Positions 25,070-37,670 of a stretch of 64,000 nt of DNA are shown here, piece by piece. Within the stretch, counting starts at the first letter, position 1; the number at the start of each line of letters is the position of its first letter. This DNA is from Felis catus. Taxonomy: Eukaryota. The notes under the pieces are model-generated. The model was not told where the DNA came from and made no database searches. It saw only the letters and a program-made list of their open reading frames with translations. The position numbers and the translations under genes were made by a program. Where the stretch lies: positions 165,046,001 through 165,110,000 of the forward strand of contig NC_058368.1 of assembly GCF_018350175.1 (NCBI RefSeq), given 5' to 3'.

Positions 25070-25339
25070 CTAAAGAAAGTATCAATAAAACTGCTTTTAG
25101 GGAAAGAGTGTACTTTCAAAGAGTGGGAGTTGTTACTCTAACTGTATGCTTGCTGATAGGCAAAATCTCATGGACTTGCCCTTCACTGCTTCAGGGCCAA
25201 GCAAGGGGAGAGAGCTCTTCAAACTACTTGTGCTACCACATACAGTTTGGAGGGCCAAATCAATTTCTGGCTCTGTAACCCTCGTTTCTAAGAACTACTC
25301 AGAGTTCAAAGATACAATGAAAATATTTTCCAAATAAAG

Positions 25340-27070
25340 TCTTCTCCTACTTTTTAATGTCTTTTTTGGACAGTCTGTTTTTCTATTATTCCCTTTTGTT
25401 CATCATGTTAAATAAATGTTCAACTCCCTTCTAACATTTTTGTTTGTTTCAAGTTATAGAGATATATCAAAATGTCCCATTACAATTATAGATTTTTCTG
25501 CTTCTTATATATTATGCCCTTTAAATGAAATTGTAGTTACTGATACTATGATATATGTAAACACATCGAAACCTATTATGCCTTTCTGGTAGATATAACA
25601 TACATACATAAAATAAAATATATACATAACATAAAATACATTTTCTTCATTTAACTCCCTTTATGCACTTTGTGCTATGGTTTTGGGAAATTGTAAACTC
25701 CATATGGTGCTATTTTTATTTTACGTAGTCAACATTCAATTAGAAGTAGTTCCCTATCTACTTTTCGAGTCTTGTATCATCAGAGACTGTTTTTCTTTCA
25801 CCTGTAAAACTCCATTTTGTGTGGATTTGTTGACAGATACTTGCTCTTCTTGTTTGTCTTAAATTCTGTTGTATTTTCATCATTGGAGGGGATTTTTACT
25901 AGATAGAGAATTTTTGGCTAGGAGCTATTTATTTTTTAAAAATTTTGTTTCACCGTTTTCTAGCTTCTAGTGTGCTGGATAATCAGCTTAACCTTATTGT
26001 TTTCTGTTTGAAGCTGACCTGTGTTTTAATTTTTTCTGGTTTAAAATTTTTATTTTCTTTAACTTGAATTTTAAGTGCACTAACAATGAGTAATTATCAT
26101 ACTTCCTTTGAATTTCACTTATCATATGTCCATCTCTGGTACTTTTGAGTAATTTCCTTCTTTTTACTTTCCATGTGTCTGTCAGGCTAAATATTTTATT
26201 CAGGTTTCTAGTTAACCAGCCTTTACACCAGAATTGTTTTCCTGTTAAAATGATGTATTGATTACTTATATTCAGTTATTTTAATTTCTGTTTTAGGATT
26301 ATTTTTATGAGTTAATAAAAATCTGATAAAATTCTTTACATTATTCAATTTTTGAAGCATTAATCACATCTATATCTAATAATGTTTCTGGATCTTCTGT
26401 GGGTCTATTTCTATTATCTCTATTATCCATTCTGTCTTTTTGTGCATTTAGCTGTTTTATATTTGAGTCTCTAAAGTTTATATGAAAACTTGATGAGACA
26501 ATTTTCATGTTATCTTCCTCTAGAGAGGATTTACTTTTGCTCTGGTCAAGCAGAGACAGGTTGCCTTCATTTGTTTAGAGGTTGAACTGATTAGAAGTTG
26601 GGCTTCAGCCCTGATACAAATTGTCTAATTCAATTTTATCTTTACTAGCAGAGTATGGCACTTTAGGGATTACATGTGAAATCCTGGGCTGTTTACTAAT
26701 ATTTCTCCTTCATGCAGAGTCACAAATTTGAAAATTGTATACCCTAGTCTTAAGAGTGTCAGAAATTCTGTTCTAATTAAAATTCCTGAGCAGCCACTTT
26801 CTGTTTGGCTTTTGAGTCTTTCAGCTGCTCCATTGGACTCAATAGAAGAAGTGTGGCTCAAAATGTAAACTCACCTTTCTTCTATTTCCTTTCCTCTAGT
26901 ATACTGGGTCCTCAAGTTCACATTCTGTTAGCATTTTTATTTCTTTATTTATTATTTTTTTTGCTCCCTCATTATTTATGCTTGATATTTTTAAATTTAC
27001 TCAAATCTAGCTTTGCTTGTTGATTGACAATATTGGTCTAGAAATAGTCTTCCTTTCCTAGAAGGGGAAT
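25340..27070 (-). mobile_element. Highly decayed L1 remnant
   Basis: Antisense ORF1-like motifs such as tttttactagatagagaatttttggc and tcttcctctagagaggatttact. Confidence 0.55.
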
Positions 27071-27968
27071 TCCTATTTTCCTTTTTATGATGTTCAATTC
27101 ATGTTAAACTCTTCAAATACAAATATTCAAATGCATATTAAACTATTTTAATGATGTGTTTCTGAGTTATTTTCATTAGCTAAACAATGTCATCTTATGA
27201 TTATATGTTGAATTATCATTGACTCTTTGGTTAATGAATTCAGAAATCAGGAAAAATCAAAGCTAGCTTAAATACTATGAGAATTAGGAATAGAACCTTT
27301 CTATTTTACTTATTTAATAGATGTAATTTTAGTGCATGCTTTGCCACTCATTGTATGGTATTTTGCAAATTACTTTACAACTCCAGGTCTCAGTCTTCTC
27401 AGATAAAAGAAATGAGTTCAAGTAGATGATCTTTAAAAGTCCTTCCATACCTAAAATTCTGTGATTTAATAAGAATAAATGAAACTTGAATCTTTGATGA
27501 TTAGAGTTTAATTTGAATCTTGAATCCATGAGATTTTTGTAGTTTCTAAATTTAGAAAAAAATAATATTCTTTCTCATCTCTAGTACTGGAAGATGTCCC
27601 ATATGACCTGGACAAATTTCAATGCAATAATTACTTTTTGAATATTTAATTGCCAAGAAATATTGAGGAGGTCTAGTAACATCAGGGAACACATCCTACC
27701 ACATATAAATAAATAAATATTATAATGACTAATAATTATGATATGGTATGTTAATGTTAGAATATACAAATTAATAAACGGATGGAGAAACTACAGTTTT
27801 ATGTATATATGAAAGACTTGATATAGTGAGATTTAGCATTGCATATCAGCGAGGAAACATGAGGTAGTCAAAAATTGTTTTGAGACAATTAATTATATGG
27901 AAAAGGGAAGAAATCCTCAGTATTCAATGTATATAGTCAAGATTGTAAATATCCATATGTAAAAATCA

Positions 27969-28007
27969 CTTTTTTTTTTTTAGAGGGAGAGAGAGAGTGG
28001 GGAAAGG

Positions 28008-28055
<48 letters not shown>

Positions 28056-28177
28056 CTTAACAGGCTCCATGCTCAGTGCAGAGCCTGATATGGGGCTCAG
28101 TCCCATGACCCTGGGATCATGATCTGAGTTGAAATCAAGAGTCAGATGCTCAACCAACCAAGCCAACTGGGTGCCCC
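27969..28177 (-). mobile_element. CAN-SINE
   Basis: Full body; TSD aaaatcac. Confidence 0.95.
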
Positions 28178-28349
28178 TAAAATCACATTTTTAATTCATT
28201 AGGTTTACAAAAAATATTACACTTGAAACAAATTTTCAAGCCATAAAAAATTATTTCTAAGAAAATGTGCAGGAGGTGGAAAAATTTTAATAAGATTAAG
28301 ATGTAGAACTCTGTCATCAGATTCATGTATGATATCAGACATATGCCAT

Positions 28350-28530
28350 CATGCCCTATTCTAGCTGTTTAAACTTGGAATGACTACTTAAAAGTTTAAT
28401 CATCGTCTTTCGCTGCTGTACAATGTGAATAATAGTACCTGTTTTACTAGAAATATTGTGAGAAATAAATAGGATAATATCAAAACACTTAGCATGTTGC
28501 CAGAATAAAATAGTACCCAACTATTGTAGG
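28350..28530 (+). mobile_element. MIR remnant
   Basis: ctgtacaatgtgaataatagtacctg...attgtgagaaataaataggataat...aacacttagca. Confidence 0.65.
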
Positions 28531-29448
28531 AATTGTGTTTGACAAATCTCGATTTTTTTCCTCTATTGAGATCAATAGAACTTAGAGAAAAATTTAAGAC
28601 TTGGAGAGAGACGTTAATTTTGGAGAATTAGTGCCTTCGTCTAGCATTTAGGCCAAGCATTCCTAAATGTTAAAAATACAAAAAAAGACAAGGCATGGTA
28701 ATTGTCCTTCATTTACTCCAATCTAGTGACTTTTTTGAAGAATGAGAGTGATGTGAAGCAGCTTTTGAAAGGATTATCAAGTGGAACTGAAGGCTCACCC
28801 TGGTAAGGTTGGAGACCAAGGAATAGAATGGCATAAATCTACATGTTCCTTGATTTTGTTTATCACAGCTTAGCATCCCAAATGTAGGGGCAGAGAAAGT
28901 GGAGTTTTTCCTGTTTTAAGTGTAAAGGTCTATGGAATGGAAGTAGCAAAATTACCACATTTTATGGTTCTTATTAGATTAGCTAAGAGATCTTGGTTTC
29001 TAGGACCTATAGCAAGAGAACTAAAGCCATTCAGAGATAAAATAAAAGAAGGAAGGACTGAAGGAAGTAGATATTCAATAATTTCTGATAACCTATAACT
29101 TGCAGTAAGGAAGTAGGGGGGGAAGAACATGAAGTTGAGGCACAGAATCATATGTTAGGGTGTACGTTTGCAGAATGAAGATACATGTACATGCAAATCT
29201 ACGAATTAACTATGGGAAGAACTTACTGAAGTAGAGTGGGTATGACATTTTAAGCAGAATTTCCTGAAAATCTCTGGAGCCCATCCAGCAAGAAAAGTGC
29301 ATTTGTTAAACATGAGCACCTGGGAATTGCTGATGATGACTTAAATTTAGTTTCTTTTGTATCCCCAATATGTGAGAGTGCTTGGCCAGTATCACAGACT
29401 TGAATTTTATTGCATGTATTTATGTTAACTGTCCCCCCTGTATCCTAG

Positions 29449-29477
29449 GTTGATGATCTTAAAGGGATTCTAAAACT
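29449..29477 (+). other. Candidate micro-exon, 29 nt
   Basis: Branch-like ttaac, then tgtcccccctgtatcctag|GTTGATGATC...AAACT|gtgagt. Confidence 0.2.
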
Positions 29478-30789
29478 GTGAGTGTAAATCTAGAGGAACA
29501 GAAATAACTCTGTGAATGAGCTTCATTGAACAAGTTCTCATGGGAAAGTTTCCATTTCTAAGCTAAAGGTTTCACTGAGAATTCAACTATCTTTGTATTC
29601 CAAGTCAGACTGCAAAGCCACGGTTTGCTTTTTTTTTTTTTTTTTTTTATGTGAAACTGAAAAGGTCAACTTGGGGCAGTTTGTATAACAAAAAGATATA
29701 AAGTATAAATGACTAAAACATTTATTAATCATGGAACATGTTTTAGCTTTAGTATTTTTTCTTTAATAGAGTCCTATTTCAGGCCTAAAATGGACCAAAT
29801 TTTGAATATATTTTTATCTTAATCACCTTAGTTAAAATTAAAATATGAGAAAGATTATTTGTGTTTGAACTGGGCCTTTGAAATTAAGAATGCTTTGCAT
29901 GGAAGAATTATTCTTGTTTTTTTTTTTTTTTTTTTGATGTTTTCTTGGGTCTCTCAAAGATGATTCCTAATGAATTGCCAGATGTAGGTTTGAGACTAGA
30001 ATTTATAGACCACAGTTATTCATTCTAGTCAAATGCCACAGACAAGAACAGCAACAAATCAAAGTTAATTCGTAATTGAAACCGACTATTACTAAAAGCA
30101 ATTTAGCTTTAAAGAACCTTGACATGTTGAAAAGATGAATTACTTGCTGCAGCTTTGTTATTTAAAATTATTTTTAATCATTTAATAGGAGAGAAGTCTA
30201 AACTTAGGAAGGCCAGACAGGAGTGGAATCTATTTCATGTTCTTTTTAAAACTCAGAGGATAAAATACCTTTTGAAGATAAATTAAAATGTTTTTCAAGG
30301 AATCGTAACAGGGTTAAGTAAAGTTTTAGGGAATTTCTGTGTTGCAAATGGTAATATAATTTAATGCAAAACTTTATACAGCTCATAATTAAGCTCATAA
30401 TTTTGCTAATAGCTTTATGTTTTACAAATACACAATCCCACTCAACTTAATTTATACTCATTGCTATACCTGCGTGACATTTAATTCTATTTAACTTCAG
30501 CATGTTAGTTGGAGTGAACCTTTCTCTACTAATGTTAGTCTGGGCAACAGGTTATTTCTGGGTTTTGTTTTTGTTTTTGTGTTTTAAGTGGCAGAATAGC
30601 CTAGATGAATATCTCTAAAGTCAAGGTCTAATAAGTTAGGAATAATGACTCTTCTTGACTTGTCTCATGTGGTCATTTATATGGAACTTGCATATAACCG
30701 TTTTCTCCCTCAAGGAAGTCTCATTTAATACCTGCGTTTATATTGGCCCCCACTGCTTTTCTTGTATTGATACTGCTCTACTTGTCCAG

Positions 30790-30873
30790 CAGAAGAAAAC
30801 ACAAGTAGCAACTATAAGATGTCCAGGTTAATAATTGAATAGAACAGAGATATTCTGTAGCAACAATGAATGG
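30790..30873 (+). other. Candidate non-coding exon
   Basis: NAGNAG acceptor ctacttgtccag/cag; donor TGG|gtaaga; multiple stops. Confidence 0.2.
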
Positions 30874-31569
30874 GTAAGAAGAAAAAGAGTCTTGATTATT
30901 GAAGAGCTTGATCATTTTGATTAAAACTCTTAATACATACATTTAGTAGATTCTGAGAAAATTTCACAATAGAAATACATATCTAACCTATGAAAGTGCT
31001 TCTGTGTTTTCACATGGAACCATTAAGTTTGGGAATAACAAAAGAAATGAAGCTTTTAAAAATTTTATTGAAAGCATTATTGCAGTTTTTATCTGCAAGT
31101 CCCCAGATAGATTGAAGGCCACAGTTTTAATGGAAATTTCATGAAGTGGAAAGTGAAAAGAGTTGAGAACTACAATGATGATAGATATAAAACAATGACA
31201 GGCAAATTGGTTGGTAATTAAAGCATCCATGTTTGTAGATAATATTTGGCATGTCAAATTGAATGTCAGTATTTGAGATTAGAAATCTAAATATCCATCA
31301 CCATAGGTTGAAATTAAAATCAAGATAAAAAATGAAAAAGGGAAAGGAAATACCACACAAGAGGCAAGAATATGTAAGATCAAATCTCAAATGTATCATA
31401 TTTAGTACACAAAGGGAAAGTTAAATCAGTGGACAAAATCCAAGTGCTGATACTTGTTCCAAAACATGGTGTTTGAATATTCAGCTAAATTGTTAGATGG
31501 AACAGGATATAGAAGATCTATTTTATTTTTAGCTATATAGTGCATTGGTTCTCAATCTTTGGGGTGATA

Positions 31570-31761
31570 TATTATTTATGTTTGAGAGAGAGAGAGAAAG
31601 CAAGCAGGAGAGGGACAGAGACAGAATCCAAAGCAGGCAGGCTCCACGCTTTCAGCAAAGAGCCCGATGCAGGGCTCCAACTCACGAACAATAAGATCAT
31701 GAATGACCTGAGCCAAAATCAAGAGTGGGACGGTAAACTAACTGAGACACCCAGGCACCCC
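31570..31761 (-). mobile_element. CAN-SINE
   Basis: Body recognisable; inserted in a MER5-like remnant starting cattggttctcaatcttt. Confidence 0.9.
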
Positions 31762-31792
31762 TTGGCTACATAGTTTAATCACTGAGGCAGTT

Positions 31793-32012
31793 CTTTTTTT
31801 TTTTGTTCAACGTTTATTTATTTTTGGGACAGAGAGAGACAGAGCATGAACGGGGGAGGGGCAGAGAGAGAGAGGGAGACACAGGATCGGAAACAGGCTC
31901 CAGGCTCTGAGCCATCAGCCCAGAGCCTGATGCCTGGCTCGAACTCACGGACCGCGAGATCGTGACCTGGCTGAAGTCAGACGCTTAACCGATTGCGCCA
32001 CCCAGGCGCCCC
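31793..32012 (-). mobile_element. Young SINEC_Fc-type CAN-SINE
   Basis: CpG-rich body with cagccaggtcacgatctcgcggtccgtgag; perfect TSD actgaggcagtt at 31781 and 32013. Confidence 0.97.
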
Positions 32013-32936
32013 ACTGAGGCAGTTTTAAAGGTTCTGATGCCCATTGAAATTATGCAGTTTTAGCATGGGAACTAAGCAAAAGTAATTACAATTTGGTAAA
32101 GTTTGGCAAGTGCCATATATCTGTATTCATCTGTGAGCCTGATATATTCATTAAGTAGTTACTAGTAACTTTCATTTACATTTTTTGCATAAGGAAAAGG
32201 GAACATATATAAATCTAATCATGTTATTTTTAAGTTTCTGGAAAAATATATCTTCCAGCCTTGTGAAAGGCAGTAATTCATTTCCTTTGTGATTTAAATT
32301 TCATTTAGAGTTTATGCTCTAGGAAAATCTCAAAATTAGGATTAATGATTAATATACTATTATATAAGATGGGGGAGAGTTCAATATAAATACTTCTTTG
32401 AAGAAATTTACCTTGAATATCTATTTGCTTTAGGATTTCCTTGACAGTAAAGTGGTGTTTTTGACAAAACAATTTACACTTTTTATTACATGGAAATTGC
32501 AATCATCACTATGCAGACAAGTAGTATTTTACAATGAAAAAGTAAGGTTTATTCATGTAGTATACTTTTATCCTAATATAACAAGCCAGTGTTTGGAGTA
32601 TTTACTTGGATCTGGAGTGTAATATCCTTAGACATTTCGACTCTAATTAAAATAAATGTCCTATAAATATAAGTTAGCATTTTGTAAATTTTGTCATAGA
32701 GTATAAAATATTTCTCAGAAAAAAATTACATTTACCTCTATGGCAAGCACTTTTTGTCTGCTTTAATAACCATAGGATTATTTTAGTTTATACGTAATGC
32801 ATGTTTCACATTTAACACCTCATCCTCAGTACACATTTTGGCAATGTTGTTTTTTTTTCTTCAGGTTGATAAAATCAGTTAATATAAATTCATTTCAGAG
32901 ACACAAAAGTGATATTGGGCTATTCTGGCCATCTAA

Positions 32937-33032
32937 TTAAGATGACCATCTAGCTGTAGTCCAGTCTGTTGAGATGTTCCTTTTTACTCTCAAAAGTGTC
33001 CTAGTTCAGATGACAAGTTATACTGTCCCTCT
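32937..33032. mobile_element. MER81/MER94-like hAT-Blackjack MITE remnant
   Basis: taagatgacca...cctttttactctcaaaagtgtcc matches recalled consensus. Confidence 0.55.
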
Positions 33033-34005
33033 ATATCTAAAAAGCTGCCACTTGTGATAACACTGTTCTCGGAATTTTAAGTTGTAACAGGATTTTTTTC
33101 AAACAAGGCCTAGAACATGAATCATCATCCATCGGGACTGAAGGAGAACTCTTCTGTCAATGTTGAACATGAGCTTGACCCTGGTTTTATGTTAAACATC
33201 ACCATCTTCAGTGTTTCCCCTATAATTTATACATGTTAATTGGGGAAAGAGAATACTGTGGCTTTCTTTTTTTTACTCAGCACCTTGAATCTCTTTTGTA
33301 ACCTAATCAGTGTCAGCTTTTCAGTAAAGTTGACTCCCTAGGTTTATTGTTTAGTGTCTACAAATTTGTAAATTTTGGCAATAGCAATAATTTTATTCAC
33401 CTTCGAGTTACTCTCTTCCTCAATCATGGTACTTCTCTCTTTTAATTTTACCCAACAAGAAGGAAATAACTTTTTTTTTTTAACGATAGGGGAGAGAGAG
33501 AAAGGAAGGAAGAAAGAATAAAGACTGACTGACTTACCATAGCAAAGTATTAATATGGAGTTATAGTGGTAAATGTGGTAATATATAGAACAGGACAGGT
33601 GTCCTGAGTGCACAGAAATATGGCCAGAGGAGTAATAAGAAATGTGCTGCCTTGGAAATAACATTATGACAATAATAAAAAGAGAGACATTAACACAAGG
33701 AGTTTAATTTTTTCAGCTTTCTTCTTTAACATTTCTTTCTTCTCACCTGATCCTACTTGCTTTCCTCTTCCTCTTTATCTTTTTTTTACTCTTCTTCTTC
33801 CCCTTTTTCTGTCCTGTGTTATTCTTAGCCCCTAATAGCCCCTAATGGTGTTGGAATCTTAATGAATGGGAGTTATTATTGCTAGGAAACAGTGTATATT
33901 TTCTAATCCCGTGCTCTAAACTGGAAACTAAAATAGTAGAGGCTAGTAGAGATTATATAATTATCACTTTCAGAAACATGAAAAAAATAATTAAAATGAC
34001 TAGAG

Positions 34006-34204
34006 GGGGACACCTAGGTGGTTCAGTTGATTAAGTGTCGGACTCTTGATTTCGTCTCAGGTCATAATCTCACATTTCATGAGATCGAGCCTGGAGAGCT
34101 GACAGCATGGAGCCTGCCTGGGTTTCTCTTTCTCCCTCTCTCTGCCCCTACCATGCTCACACTCTCTCTCACTCTCTTTCAAAATAAATAAACAAACATT
34201 AAAA
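34006..34204 (+). mobile_element. CAN-SINE
   Basis: Body plus tail; TSD aaaatgactag. Confidence 0.92.
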
Positions 34205-34577
34205 AAATGACTAGGAATTGGTGTCAGGGGAAAAAATACACACAAGGTCTTTAAAATCCACAGTAAATTCAATTATATAGTAAGTAACTTGTAAGTAGAC
34301 TTCATTTTCAATACCTTCTAATTTGCCAAATGATCATAATACACTTTTTAAAGTACCTCAGCAAACAGAGTCTAGACATTCTAAAAACATGCTGAATTTG
34401 CTAATGAACAGAAAGAATAATCCTTGCTGAAAGATTCGTTCTTCTGCTTTAAAATACATCTCAGGAAGTCTTACTGTAGTCAATTATCAGTTTTTTTTTT
34501 TCTCTCAAGCATGTAAGACTAGTCACGTAATGGTAACGTGTAGCCTATTTTGTAGCAAAGGTCTAATTTCTTCTTAC

Positions 34578-34632
34578 CTCAGCGTTGATCTCTGAATCAT
34601 TTAATACTCTATCAGATTATTTCCAATAATCT
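34578..34632 (-). other. Candidate upstream (UTR) exon, 55 nt
   Basis: Acceptor TTTATCTTGTTCTTTGTAG; donor GAG|GTAAGA; TAA in the frame continuous with the downstream exons. Confidence 0.3.
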
Positions 34633-36321
34633 CTACAAAGAACAAGATAAACTAGTGATTTTTTAAACTTCAGTGCTGTACATTTGCATAGATGTTTATA
34701 ACCTTACACTCTTGACAGTCAACCTCAGTTGTGGATACGTTAGTCCTTCACAGATAGCCATTTAAGAAAAACAGTCTGGGAAGAATTACCATAGGAGAGA
34801 GTTATGTTTGATTCTCTCGTTTGCATGTTAATACCCTAAATACTCTTCAAGTTTATTCAGGATGGCTGTTTTATAGCAGAAATGCCATCTGAACTCTAAG
34901 AATAAACTAAAAAGACGGGAGGACCTCTGAGCTCACTGAGTTCTTTTTTATAAATGTAAGTGATCATAAAAAGCTCAGCATCTCTAAGGAAAAACAAAAG
35001 AACAGACCCTCTTTTAATATGCAAATACAAGAACTCAACATCAACAGTGTGTTAACTCCTAATCTTTTTTTTTTCTTTTTAACAAATCTTTAATTTTGTG
35101 ATCCCATTTCTTTGCCACGCTGCATTAGATTCATTGTTCATAAATTGGCCCTGGATTCTCTGAGGCAGAAAGGCCAGGCAGTCAGCTTAATACAGTTATT
35201 CTCTGTCGGGAGCATCTGTAGGCAGGTTCCATAGGAGGTGGAAAGAAGAAGGTGGCAAAAATCTAATACATGGCTAATTAAATGGGAATGATACAAAATT
35301 TGGGAAAGATTTGCTCTTTTATTTTCTTAGTTCAGGTGTCTGACATGACAGGCTTAACTGTGGGGCACAAATGATCCATTTTGAAAAAAACAGACAAATG
35401 GAAAAGCGTCTATTGTATGTGGTAGAACATTAGAAGCCTTTAAAGTACCAGCACCTTTCAGCCAACCGTCATGTTTTCTATCTGATAATAACTTGTTCCA
35501 AGTCGAATCACCATGGTTGGCTGCATCCTATCACACCTTTGGATTAGGAAAGTGGAATTTAGAAGTTTGTGAAGTATTTCTTGATTATTCACAAGCTAAC
35601 TCTTGTTTCAAACAGGCTGCAGCAAAACACTGAGTTCACCCCACCATATAGCAAAAGCACTGAACTGTGCTTCAACAAATTGACCTTCAGAGATTATTAT
35701 GACCTTCAAATTGTCACTAACATCAATGATACATTTTTTCTCATTTTATTTTTTTAATGGAATTTGGTGGTAAGCCTCTGGGAAGGAAGGCACATTGAAT
35801 CAACTTATTTGCTAGTTTTCTGAAAAGGGTAGGAATCACTGATATTTGTAGACATATTAACCAAAAATACAATTATTTCAATGTAAATGTTAATTCTTAT
35901 TAACATTGAAAGAATATATGCCTGTATTTTTAGAATGTTAAATTCTACTGGAAAGAGTAAGGTCTGCACTGTGCATATATAAATATTTAATCCGGGTTTT
36001 TTGGTAAACATTCTAATGAATCTCTTTGTGGAGCATTTTATAATTAAATATTGTGTTGTAATAACTTCAAGTTTTGGCAGTTCACACTAAGGTCATGTTG
36101 GCTTAAAAAACACTGAAATGATTTACAGTCCAAAGCAGGCAGTAGTTTTCTCCTTGACACTGATACTAAACTCACATTCTTAAAATTTACAACTTGAAGG
36201 TGAGGGGTAGCAACAAAGAATGACAGTTATGGCCATTATCTCTTGTTTTTTGTTTTAATCTGAGAACTGAAGAAGACACTTTGCCACTTCAACAAGCTTG
36301 ATAACAGAAAGAGCATGTGCC

Positions 36322-36425
36322 TGACGTGTTTGTTAGTGTGCAGGCAGACACGTAAAGCGTCCATTCGTGGCCAGATAGAAAATACGTGGATATGAGTAAA
36401 TGCTGCAAAGACCTCATTTACGCAT
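36322..36425. promoter_or_regulatory. Candidate enhancer with three ACGTG cores
   Basis: TGACGTG at 36322, CACGTA at 36349, TACGTG at 36383; six CpGs in about 100 bp. Confidence 0.3.
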
Positions 36426-37460
36426 TGTTTTTGAATGAATTACTCAATGTTTTCTGAGTTTTTTGTCTCAATGCAATCTAACGTTTGGAGGAGAAACTGA
36501 CATATTCCTTCAAAAAGCAGATGCTTATGTATATGGAATGAAATATTTGAAAAAGAATTCAGAGGACATGAGTCCTCATTTCAAATAAAAAGTCCCTTCT
36601 AGGAATGTGGACAAGTGAATTACAGAGTTATCTTTGGCCTCTCCCTATTGACTGAGATTTCTTCATATGAGGCAGCTTTCATTCCATTAGCAAGCAGTTC
36701 TAGATGACACTGAAATTGAAACTAAAATTTCATTCTAATACTGGCTCAAAATTTGACCTTATATTTAATTGCAATCTATTTATCCATGGTTTTTTTTTTT
36801 CAATTTGTAACAATTCAGAAGAAATATAGTCTCTGTTGTATATTAGAGATCATCAAATGTTTGAAAATATTTACTGTTGCTTCAAAATCACAAGTATTTG
36901 ATTTCTTTCAATCCTATGTCTTCTGTTTCAAAATCATAAAAAAACATAGATTATCACATTTTCTTGTTCATGTATGACCACAATTGTTGGCAAACTGTTT
37001 TTACATATTATTATTGAATGCCTTGGAGAGATTATTTAGCATGTGAATCTGTTTATTTTATTGCTGACTGGATTCCAGGCTGCTATGCTTTGTTGAATCC
37101 ATTTATATCATCCTGTACTCTGTTAACTTTTGCTCCAGGCATGGTTATGCTTAAGACATCCCATTTACTTATAATCCTTATAATATATAAGTTGGGTAAA
37201 ATAAAGCCTTCCAGATCAAATTAGATAACCAAATTCCCTTAAATTAATAACATTAATTTCAGACTGGGCTCAACATCAGTAAAGCTGTGGGATGAAGATT
37301 TTTAAAGCAGTTCTAAAAGTGTATTCTTGAACTATGTGATGGTTGTTTTTCTCATAATGAATAGTTAATGGGGCTTACTAGATAAATAATTATTATTTAA
37401 ATAAATAAGGATGGACCTGCTCATATTTAAAAAAACACAAGACATATAAGAAGTAAAAAA

Positions 37461-37670
37461 GGGGCATCTGGGTGGCTCAGTGAGTTAAGCATTCAACTCT
37501 TGATTTCAGCCCACATCATGATCTCATGGTTTGTGAGTTCAAGCCCAATGTTTGGCCCTGAACTAATAGTACAGAGCCTGTTGAGAATTCTCTCTCCCTC
37601 TCTCTCTGCCCCTCCCCCACTCGTGCTGTCTCTCTCAAATAAGTAAATAAATAAACAAACCTAAAAAAAG
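37461..37670 (+). mobile_element. CAN-SINE
   Basis: Full body. Confidence 0.93.
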
